Origin: an uncultured virus (IMG/VR IMGVR_UViG_3300042691_011955) | Lineage: Duplodnaviria > Heunggongvirae > Uroviricota > Caudoviricetes | Reading direction: 5' to 3' (one strand) | Length of the DNA stretch: 64,000 bases | Virus record (IMG/VR): IMGVR_UViG_3300042691_011955 | In this document: positions 6,905 to 13,787 of the stretch, one piece after another | Numbering within the stretch: position 1 is the first letter of the stretch | Layout: each line of letters begins with the position of its first letter | Notes under the pieces: model-generated | Seen by the model: only the letters and a program-made list of their open reading frames with translations | Databases searched by the model: none | What the model was told of the DNA's origin: nothing | Position numbers and translations under genes: made by a program

Positions 6905-7579
6905 ATGTATGCAACAGGTGTTTTTCGTTCTGCATCGCAGATTAATAGTGCAATGGGCCGTGTTTACGGACATATGGCACTGGCAGTTATCACATCAATG
7001 ATTGTAAGTTATCTTGTAGGATCAAATACAACGCTGATGGAATTTTTCTTTACAGGCGCAATGAAATGGCTTGTAATCTTTGCGCCGCTTGTAGCCATTC
7101 TTGGCGTTAGCTTTGCAATGGACAAAATGAGTAAGAGTGCGTTACAGCTATTTTTACATGGATTTGCCGCATTAATGGGTCTAAGTTTTGCTACAATCTT
7201 TGTAGTATATAACATGGGAAGCATTGTAAGCGCATTCATGGGAGCTGCCGTTCTATTTGCTACAATGAGTGGCTATGGCTACTTCACTAAACGTAATTTG
7301 GACGGAGTTGGCCAATTTATGTTCATTGGGTTGATTGCGATTGTTATTGCAAGTATAATCAATATTTTTATTGGTAGTACAGTTTTTCAAATGGTCATTA
7401 GTGCTATCGGAATTATTGTGTTCTTAGGCTTAACAGCATACGACACACAAAAGATTCGTGAGATGGTTAGTTACGACAATGATGGTAAGGCAGAAATTGC
7501 AGGCGCTCTTAGCTTGTACTTAGACTTTATCAACTTGTTCTTAATGTTACTACAACTATTTGGTGGTCGTAAGGACTAA
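6905..7579 (+). CDS. Bax inhibitor-1/YccA family membrane protein
   Basis: Multiple hydrophobic helices, LTAYDTQKI, ALSLYLDFINLFL. Confidence 0.95.
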   Translation: MYATGVFRSASQINSAMGRVYGHMALAVITSMIVSYLVGSNTTLMEFFFTGAMKWLVIFAPLVAILGVSFAMDKMSKSALQLFLHGFAALMGLSFATIFVVYNMGSIVSAFMGAAVLFATMSGYGYFTKRNLDGVGQFMFIGLIAIVIASIINIFIGSTVFQMVISAIGIIVFLGLTAYDTQKIREMVSYDNDGKAEIAGALSLYLDFINLFLMLLQLFGGRKD

Positions 7580-7586
7580 AGAATTT

Positions 7587-7661
7587 GCCTGGTTAGCTCA
7601 GGGGTAGAGCAACGCCTTTACACGGCGAAGGTCCGCGGTTCGAAACCGTGACCAGGTACCA
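7587..7661 (+). tRNA. tRNA-Val(TAC)
   Basis: Cloverleaf, TT-TAC-AC, CCA. Confidence 0.95.
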
Positions 7662-7731
7662 GAAATGTTTCCGTATTCAAGAGTGTGGCAAAAATACAAC
7701 AATATTTTTGTCACTTTTTAAAGAAAATCTC

Positions 7732-7760
7732 TTGACAGAGATAAATAAATACAGTATACT
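7732..7760 (+). promoter_or_regulatory. sigma70 promoter for leader 2 and tRNA cluster 2
   Basis: TTGACA-17-TATACT; spacer contains late-type ATAAATA. Confidence 0.8.
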
Positions 7761-7796
7761 ATACACATAGTAAGAAATTAACTAACAGAAAGAAAG

Positions 7797-7898
7797 ATGA
7801 TCAAAATGTTTAAGCAAATTAGAAAACATCAGATGTTTTGCATTCGCTGGTATCGACTACCAGGCGAGGGCCTTTCTGTAGGAGCAAGTTACGCATAA
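7797..7898 (+). CDS. putative attenuator leader peptide 2 (MIKMFKQIRKHQMFCIRWYRLPGEGLSVGASYA)
   Basis: First 20 codons use only, and all of, the 10 amino acids of tRNA cluster 2. Confidence 0.8.
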   Translation: MIKMFKQIRKHQMFCIRWYRLPGEGLSVGASYA

Positions 7899-7920
7899 CC
7901 AGTAACAGCTCAAAAAACAA

Positions 7921-7962
7921 AAAGACCCTCGGAATGTAAAATACTCCGGGGGTTTTTCTTTT
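7921..7962 (+). terminator. intrinsic terminator of attenuator 2
   Basis: AAAGACCCTCGGA...TCCGGGGGTTTTTCTTTT; its 5' arm can instead pair with 7865-7892. Confidence 0.85.
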
Positions 7963-8062
7963 AGTGCTATAGGAAACGAGATCCTGCTATCACTTTAAAC
8001 TAGCAAATGGGCGGCCTAGGGGATGAAGTCTGTGGCGACAACACAGATGTTAAAATCCTAGA

Positions 8063-8140
8063 GTAGTTAAGAACACTATAGGGACGACTGGACTCATAGC
8101 CCAGAACTTTGTAAAAGGCGTTATTAGTGTTCTTAACTAC
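8063..8140 (+). ncRNA. perfect 16-bp stem enclosing a CAT anticodon-like hairpin
   Basis: GTAGTTAAGAACACTA / TAGTGTTCTTAACTAC; inner CTGGA-CTCATAG-CCCAG. Confidence 0.55.
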
Positions 8141-8200
8141 ACACTCTTCATTCGCCCTGCGACGGCGTCTAAAAGCATAGCGGAGAGTGTCACTAAGTTT

Positions 8201-8287
8201 GGAGATGTAGGAAAATTGGTAACCCCAGTGGACTGTAAATCCGCCGCCCTTCGGGCACTACTGGTTCGACTCCAGTCATCTCCACCA
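8201..8287 (+). tRNA. tRNA-Tyr(GTA)
   Basis: CT-GTA-AA, variable arm, CCA. Confidence 0.95.
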
Positions 8288-8292
8288 AACAT

Positions 8293-8367
8293 AGCCGCGT
8301 AGCTCAGAGGAAGAGCACTCGCTTGATAAGCGATAGGTCGACATTTCGAAACTGTCCGTGGCTACCA
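8293..8367 (+). tRNA. tRNA-Ile(GAT)
   Basis: TT-GAT-AA, CCA; imperfect T stem. Confidence 0.88.
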
Positions 8368-8374
8368 AATTAAT

Positions 8375-8448
8375 GTATCTCTAATGTAATGGCAGCATCA
8401 CAGTCTCCAAAACTGTTCGTCGGGGTTCGAGTCCCTGGAGGTACGCCA
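8375..8448 (+). tRNA. tRNA-Trp(CCA)
   Basis: CT-CCA-AA, GCCA end. Confidence 0.94.
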
Positions 8449-8455
8449 AGTATAA

Positions 8456-8530
8456 CTCGCTTTAGTATAATGGATAATACAGTAGGCTTCTACCCTACGA
8501 ATATGGGTTCGATTCCTGTAGGCGAGGCCA
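8456..8530 (+). tRNA. tRNA-Arg(TCT)
   Basis: CT-TCT-AC, CCA. Confidence 0.94.
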
Positions 8531-8537
8531 GTAATAC

Positions 8538-8615
8538 GCACAGGTGGCAGAGAGGCCCAATGCAGTGGATTGCAAATCCGCAAAACCGTGAGTTCGAATC
8601 TCACCCTGTGCTCCA
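8538..8615 (+). tRNA. tRNA-Cys(GCA)
   Basis: TT-GCA-AA, U73 discriminator, CCA. Confidence 0.94.
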
Positions 8616-8737
8616 GTTACTGCAACAATCCGCTCGGGCTTCGTAGCGGAATGTAGTATTGAAGCCTATAAGTCCTGTGGAAGCAGGGGTCTAGATCCGT
8701 GTCCAAAGCGGTGTGGCTAACGAAGTGCCAAATTTAT

Positions 8738-8811
8738 TGGGGTATAGTGTAATGGTAGCACCACAGACTTTGACTCTGTTAGTCTAGGTTCGAACCCTAG
8801 TACCCCTGCCA
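8738..8811 (+). tRNA. tRNA-Gln(TTG)
   Basis: CT-TTG-AC, GCCA end. Confidence 0.94.
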
Positions 8812-8812
8812 T

Positions 8813-8888
8813 AGTGATGTAGCATAGCGGCTAATGTACCTCCTTCATACGGAGTTTATCGTCGGTTCGAGTCCGACCATCACTACCA
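8813..8888 (+). tRNA. tRNA-Met(CAT) elongator (or lysidine-modified Ile2)
   Basis: TT-CAT-AC, paired 1:72, CCA. Confidence 0.88.
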
Positions 8889-8906
8889 ACTTTAAAGGAG
8901 AAATAT

Positions 8907-9098
8907 ATGCCAACGATTAGATATCTTGATACTAGTATGTACGGATCGTATTTTGTCGACTGCGAAATATTAGAAAAAATAGACGAAGACACATTTAAGA
9001 TTAAATTCTATGATGACAATATAGATGAATATGAAATAAAGGTAGTTGAGCGTGATCGTCTTGAGTTTCCTAAGTTTAGTGATTACGCATCTTATTAA
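8907..9098 (+). CDS. small acidic hypothetical protein inside tRNA cluster 2
   Basis: AAGGAG RBS, 63 aa. Confidence 0.7.
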   Translation: MPTIRYLDTSMYGSYFVDCEILEKIDEDTFKIKFYDDNIDEYEIKVVERDRLEFPKFSDYASY

Positions 9099-9272
9099 GG
9101 AGAAAACAAAATGGGGCGATCGTAGTTTTACTTATGATAGTAGCTTTAATTTACTTTATTGACAAAAATTTAAAATAGGAGAATGACATGAAACGTTCAA
9201 GTAAACGTTAGTGTCAACCTTGACCCCGTATTGGTCCTGGTTGGCACATTAAATCAATTTAATTACGACCAA

Positions 9273-9348
9273 CCACTTGTAGCGTTAACGGTAGCGCACT
9301 TGACTCTTAATCAATGAGGTGTGAGTTCGAATCTCACCGGGTGGACCA
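9273..9348 (+). tRNA. tRNA-Lys(CTT)
   Basis: CT-CTT-AA, CCA. Confidence 0.9.
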
Positions 9349-9352
9349 ATAC

Positions 9353-9428
9353 GGGAGTATGGTGAAATGGTTATCACAGCAGACTTTTAATCTGCCAGTT
9401 CCGGGTTCGAGTCCCGGTGCTCCTACCA
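9353..9428 (+). tRNA. tRNA-Lys(TTT)
   Basis: CT-TTT-AA, CCA. Confidence 0.95.
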
Positions 9429-9558
9429 TAGATAAACACACTTTCAATCTGAATTGACAGATACAAACAACCAAGGGGAGCCTCTGGGTTCATCCAGTTT
9501 CATCCTGAATTGACAGGAACAAGGTTGTAAGGGGAGCCGAGTGTGTTTTTCTATGGTA
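9424..9558 (+). ncRNA. stem-enclosed RNA containing two 41-nt repeat units
   Basis: Outer 19-nt stem; units 9442-9482 and 9498-9538 with covarying hairpins. Confidence 0.7.
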
Positions 9559-9561
9559 ATA

Positions 9562-9636
9562 CGGCCCTTGGTGAAATGGATATCATTTCGGTCTTCGAAA
9601 CCGACGGTGGGAGTTCGATCCTCTCAGGGCCGGCCA
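9562..9636 (+). tRNA. tRNA-Arg(TCG)
   Basis: CT-TCG-AA, CCA. Confidence 0.93.
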
Positions 9637-9643
9637 AATATAT

Positions 9644-9718
9644 ACCCCTGTCGTTCAATGGATAGGATACCATGCTACGAACGTGGGGACGGTGGTTCGA
9701 TTCCATCCAGGGGTGCCA
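9644..9718 (+). tRNA. tRNA-Arg(ACG)
   Basis: CT-ACG-AA, CCA. Confidence 0.93.
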
Positions 9719-9724
9719 ATCAAT

Positions 9725-9798
9725 GGTGTTGTTAGTGTAGTGGTAACACGACTGTCTGTGAAACAGTAGACCAGGGTTCGATTCCCGACTTCACCCCA
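9725..9798 (+). tRNA. tRNA-His(GTG), imperfect stems
   Basis: G-1, CT-GTG-AA, C73, CCA; two U:U mismatches in the acceptor stem. Confidence 0.8.
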
Positions 9799-9802
9799 AA
9801 TT

Positions 9803-9924
9803 TGTAGTAACCAGCTAGGTGCTGTGTAAAAGGTGTTGCGGATAGTAGAGGTCTCATAGAGATAAGCTCGCTGTCGTTAAAGATCGTGACGCAAACTAAT
9901 TGAGTTTTGTCTCAACCTACTACA
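9803..9924 (+). ncRNA. stem-enclosed structured RNA
   Basis: TGTAGTA/TACTACA closing helix with internal hairpins. Confidence 0.45.
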
Positions 9925-9934
9925 TTTTATTTTT

Positions 9935-10010
9935 GCCGCTTTAGCTGATGTGGTCATAGCAACGGATTGAAAATCCGAGGAACCCTGTTCGATCCGGGGA
10001 GGCGGCACCA
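9935..10010 (+). tRNA. tRNA-Phe(GAA)
   Basis: TT-GAA-AA, CCA. Confidence 0.92.
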
Positions 10011-10034
10011 TTAACTGTGTATGATTTTATATTA

Positions 10035-10111
10035 TGGAGCGACCGGGGGATTCGAACCTCCGCTTCTTGGGTTACAGTCCCAAGTGTAGTGACCACTCTA
10101 CTACGAGTCGC
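10035..10111 (-). tRNA. atypical tRNA-like gene, identity unclear
   Basis: Reverse complement folds with D arm, 6-bp anticodon stem around ACTGTAA, TTCGAAT T-loop and TCCA end; bulged acceptor and T stems. Confidence 0.65.
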
Positions 10112-10119
10112 ATATTGAT

Positions 10120-10962
10120 TTAAGGTATTGTGCTACTAGTTGCCAACAGTTCTTTTATTTTGTCAAAAATTATCTTATTTCCTTCTGCGTTCATTGCATT
10201 AGCAGATTGTTGATAACCAATGTTATATTGGCTGTTATCTTTATATAGCTCGCGCATAGAAAGATCTACAGGTCCAGACGTAATAGTATACCAAGAAGGG
10301 TACCATTGATCTTTACTAAAAAAATGTACACAGGGTATTTTTTTATTATGCAAGTACGAATCAATTTGCATTAATGCCCCATAGTATCTGTTTAATTGTA
10401 AATCTGGATGATACATATATTTTCTAGTTAGTTCAAAAGCAGTCCAAAGTTCTTGGTAAAACTTTTCATCGTCTGATGCTATTCGAACCTGATCTAATAG
10501 TGCTTGTTTAATTTCACTACTATCCCCATCTTGCCATTTTATAAATGCATCAGTATAGTTTTCAAAATGAATGTTATAATATTCTAATAATTGTAAACAT
10601 GCTCCGTTAGGGACGTTTTCAAAAAAATCAATATAAAAATCATGTTCTTTAAAGTCAGTTCCCCACATTGATTCTACCCAATTTCGAGCAGTGTATTTTC
10701 TATCAAATGTAGTTTTGTCTATGTTCGAAACATCTTTGTTCCAGCTAGGCATAAAGATATGATACGGTGCGGCATGGAATATAATTGCTGTATCTAGTTT
10801 TTTAGTTTTCTTTAAATTGAATAATATTCTTTCCTCACTGCAATGTGGGATTCCAGAATGGACAATATTAGCATCAAACTCTTTTTTTAATAAACTTACA
10901 AAATTCCATTCTTGGTTAGGATCATATCTAGAAATACTATCTCCATACACACCTATGTTCAT
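10120..10962 (-). CDS. hypothetical protein (SGNH-hydrolase-like N-terminus)
   Basis: IGVYGDS start motif; 280 aa. Confidence 0.7.
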   Translation of the reverse strand: MNIGVYGDSISRYDPNQEWNFVSLLKKEFDANIVHSGIPHCSEERILFNLKKTKKLDTAIIFHAAPYHIFMPSWNKDVSNIDKTTFDRKYTARNWVESMWGTDFKEHDFYIDFFENVPNGACLQLLEYYNIHFENYTDAFIKWQDGDSSEIKQALLDQVRIASDDEKFYQELWTAFELTRKYMYHPDLQLNRYYGALMQIDSYLHNKKIPCVHFFSKDQWYPSWYTITSGPVDLSMRELYKDNSQYNIGYQQSANAMNAEGNKIIFDKIKELLATSSTIP

Positions 10963-11047
10963 TCTGAACTCCTAAAAAAGTATTTAGTAGTAGTTTTTTT
11001 TTAAAAATTATATGTGGATCGGTAGAAGATTAATTTTACCACACCAG

Positions 11048-11076
11048 TTGACAACATTACAACTTGACTATATAAT
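11048..11076 (+). promoter_or_regulatory. sigma70 promoter
   Basis: TTGACA-17-TATAAT. Confidence 0.85.
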
Positions 11077-11082
11077 AGCAAT

Positions 11083-11313
11083 ATGTATAACGTAATAGGA
11101 AAAGAAGAAACACTCAAAGTTCTTACACTTGCTGAAGCAATGAATGTTGCAAAGCATATGAATGAATATGTAACTATCGTTGGAAAAGATTTTGAAATCG
11201 TTGGCATATTTGGTGCTGACACAGTGAGCAATGGTAAACTACCAAGTGGTCACGATTACACTTGGAACAAGGCTAGCCGAATTGGTCGTGTGAAAAAAGA
11301 ACGTTCATCATGA
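11083..11313 (+). CDS. hypothetical protein, probably leaderless
   Basis: ATG 7 nt after the -10 element. Confidence 0.7.
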   Translation: MYNVIGKEETLKVLTLAEAMNVAKHMNEYVTIVGKDFEIVGIFGADTVSNGKLPSGHDYTWNKASRIGRVKKERSS

Positions 11314-11711
11314 TAAAAGAACTATTCGAAGGCCTTGATGAAAAAACAAAAACCTGCGGAATGTGCTTATTGAATCTTCCTTTAGGAATGTTTGGTACAG
11401 ATGGTGGTGCAAAGTATCTTAGATATGAATGTAAACCATGTGCAAAGAAACAATCTGCTTTATTGAAGAAGATAAAATCGACTGCACCTATTAGACCTAA
11501 AGATTATACATGCCCTATTTGTAACAGAAACGAAGAAGAAGCAAAGGGACACAATCCTAATAAAAAAGGAGTTTGGTGTGCAGACCACGATCATGCTACT
11601 GGAAAATTTAGAGGTTGGCTTTGTCATAAATGTAATTTAGGGTTAGGTAATATGAATGATGATATTAGTAGACTAGAATCTGCTATAAAATACTTAAAGG
11701 AGCGAGTATAA
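11310..11711 (+). CDS. endonuclease VII-like (His-Me finger) protein
   Basis: CPIC...[22 protein letters not shown]. Confidence 0.88.
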   Translation: MIKELFEGLDEKTKTCGMCLLNLPLGMFGTDGGAKYLRYECKPCAKKQSALLKKIKSTAPIRPKDYTCPICNRNEEEAKGHNPNKKGVWCADHDHATGKFRGWLCHKCNLGLGNMNDDISRLESAIKYLKERV

Positions 11712-12178
11712 TGCCTTGGATTGAAAATGTAGCAGCCGCTGATATTCCAACAGGATTCCATCACGACGCCGGCGCTAACAGTATGCTGATCAGTATTGTG
11801 GATCCTGCCAGCTGGCGTCCTGAAGCTAAACACCAATTCAAAGAGCGTCATAACTTTGAATTTTTAGATGTAGAAGAAAAAGACGAAGTGTTAGAGGAAG
11901 CAATGAAGTGTAGTCACGAGCAGGCCGCAGAGCTTGTTCGACTGCTACAACACGCATTAGAGAACCGTATGAATGTTGTTGTGCATTGTTATGCAGGCGT
12001 ATGTCGTAGTGGTGCTGTGTGCGAAGTCGGAGTCATGATGGGCTTCAATGACACAGAACGTTTCCGTAGTCCAAACTTGCTAGTCAAGCATCGTATGATG
12101 AAGGCTTTGGGTTGGACATATGATGCTGACGAAAAACCAAACATTGATGATTGGCGTACATTTAGGAGTATTGATTAA
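11711..12178 (+). CDS. protein-tyrosine/dual-specificity phosphatase-like
   Basis: VHCYAGVCRS (CX5R). Confidence 0.88.
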   Translation: MPWIENVAAADIPTGFHHDAGANSMLISIVDPASWRPEAKHQFKERHNFEFLDVEEKDEVLEEAMKCSHEQAAELVRLLQHALENRMNVVVHCYAGVCRSGAVCEVGVMMGFNDTERFRSPNLLVKHRMMKALGWTYDADEKPNIDDWRTFRSID

Positions 12179-12369
12179 TGTATCTATGTAGAGAAGAAGT
12201 TCAAAAGATTCTGGACACTATAGACAAGTTTCCGGAGGCTACTAGTTTTGAGTTAATTCAAGACAACCACAGTGGCATTGGTAGTGTTACTGCGCTTATT
12301 GTGCATACCACAATTAACGGACTCCCTGGTGAGTTTAAAACTGAAATATCTGGCGTGGAGAATTGGTAA
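12178..12369 (+). CDS. hypothetical protein
   Basis: Coupled ORF. Confidence 0.6.
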   Translation: MYLCREEVQKILDTIDKFPEATSFELIQDNHSGIGSVTALIVHTTINGLPGEFKTEISGVENW

Positions 12370-12590
12370 TGTATAAAACTATGTACAAAGAAGTTGAAGT
12401 TGATGTTGATCTCAGCGACTTCGACACAGACGACTTAATTGAAGAATTGGAAAGCCGCGGCGCAGGTGTAACCGACTACGGTGATGGCAAAGATATTCTT
12501 AATGCTATCTACGAAAAACGTAGACTGGGCAAAGACTATCAACAAGATTTAGATCAATTGATTTGGTTGGGTTTAGGGAAGATTCTATGA
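12369..12590 (+). CDS. hypothetical protein
   Basis: Coupled acidic ORF. Confidence 0.6.
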   Translation: MYKTMYKEVEVDVDLSDFDTDDLIEELESRGAGVTDYGDGKDILNAIYEKRRLGKDYQQDLDQLIWLGLGKIL

Positions 12591-12603
12591 GTGGAGGATT
12601 GTA

Positions 12604-13119
12604 ATGTCTGTGTGTTATCAACTAGTTGGAGTTCCTGGTGCAGGTAAATCTACTTGGCTAGACAATCAAGACTGGATCAAAGGATTTGTTTCATTTGGTC
12701 AAACTGGAATTAATTACTGGACTCCAAAAAGTGACTACGTAATAGTTTCTACAGATTACTTTGTAGAACGATTTGCTCGTCGAATGGGTTCAACCTATTC
12801 GGAAGTTTTTGATAAGGTAATGCCTAGAGCTATTCGTTTAATGATGCGTCGAGTTCGAAAAGCGCAGTCTGAAGGTCGCCGCATTATTTGGGATCAAACA
12901 TCTACAACTTTGGCAAGTCGTAAACGTAAGTTTAATGCCTTGCCAGACTATGAGCATGTTGCTGTAGTGTTTAAGACTCCGGACTGGACAGAATTAGAAC
13001 GTAGACTAAGCAATCGTCCTAACAAGATCGTTCCATTAGAAGTTGTTAAAAGTATGATTGATAACTTTGAAATGCCGACTGAAGCAGAAGGATTTAAAGA
13101 AATCTGGTACGCTGATTAA
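12604..13119 (+). CDS. P-loop kinase (polynucleotide kinase-like)
   Basis: GVPGAGKST Walker A; IIWDQTST..SRKR. Confidence 0.85.
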   Translation: MSVCYQLVGVPGAGKSTWLDNQDWIKGFVSFGQTGINYWTPKSDYVIVSTDYFVERFARRMGSTYSEVFDKVMPRAIRLMMRRVRKAQSEGRRIIWDQTSTTLASRKRKFNALPDYEHVAVVFKTPDWTELERRLSNRPNKIVPLEVVKSMIDNFEMPTEAEGFKEIWYAD

Positions 13120-13141
13120 CTGTGGCTTTTTTTTACAACAT

Positions 13142-13189
13142 GCCCTGTCAGTCTATTTGGTTGACAGGGCTTTGTCTTGACTATATAAT
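13142..13189 (+). promoter_or_regulatory. sigma70 promoter with inverted repeat over the -35
   Basis: TTGACA(13161)-17-TATAAT; GCCCTGTCA/TGACAGGGC inverted repeat. Confidence 0.75.
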
Positions 13190-13220
13190 ATATGCATTAC
13201 TAAAGATAAGAGAGAAAAAA

Positions 13221-13778
13221 ATGACAACTTGGTTGACTAGTGACCTGCATTTTGGACACGCAAACATTATGAACTTTTGTTCACAAGCAAGAGCAAGATT
13301 TCATAATGATGTAACGTACATGAACGAAAAAATGATAGAAGAATGGAATGAAACTATTGCTCAAGATGACACCGTTTACATTCTAGGAGATGTTGCATTT
13401 CTTCCAGCTGACAAAGCTGTAAAGATTTTGCAACGATTGAATGGCAGAAAAATTTTGATTGAAGGAAATCACGATCGTAAACTGTTAAATGATCCAGTGT
13501 TTCGTAGATGTTTTGTAGAAATACATCCGTATTTGTGCATTAACTACGAAAAGACTCGTGTAGTAATGTTTCACTATCCTATTGCAGAATGGGATCAAAT
13601 GCATAGAGGTGCTGTTCACTTTCATGGTCACTTACACGGTGGCAAGAGTGGATTAGAAGAATATCGTGCAAGAGACATGGGTATGGATGCAACAGGAATG
13701 ATTGCGGTTACTATGGAGCGAGCCATTGCTGATGCAATGACTGGCAAGGTTAAAGGACACCACACCACTGTTATGTAA
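13221..13778 (+). CDS. calcineurin-like metallophosphoesterase
   Basis: SDLHFGH, LGD, GNHD, HGHLH motifs. Confidence 0.93.
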   Translation: MTTWLTSDLHFGHANIMNFCSQARARFHNDVTYMNEKMIEEWNETIAQDDTVYILGDVAFLPADKAVKILQRLNGRKILIEGNHDRKLLNDPVFRRCFVEIHPYLCINYEKTRVVMFHYPIAEWDQMHRGAVHFHGHLHGGKSGLEEYRARDMGMDATGMIAVTMERAIADAMTGKVKGHHTTVM

Positions 13779-13787
13779 GGAGTGATT

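Noticed and set aside
9442..9538. Possible mini CRISPR array
   Set aside because: Only two units with a 15-nt linker, variation lies inside the repeat, and there are no cas genes in the window
8389..9735. ORFs 8389-8646, 8398-8604 and 9541-9735
   Set aside because: They overlap clear tRNA genes
11310..11711. Mobile homing endonuclease or intron
   Set aside because: Free-standing EndoVII-like ORF coupled to intact neighbours; no interrupted host gene
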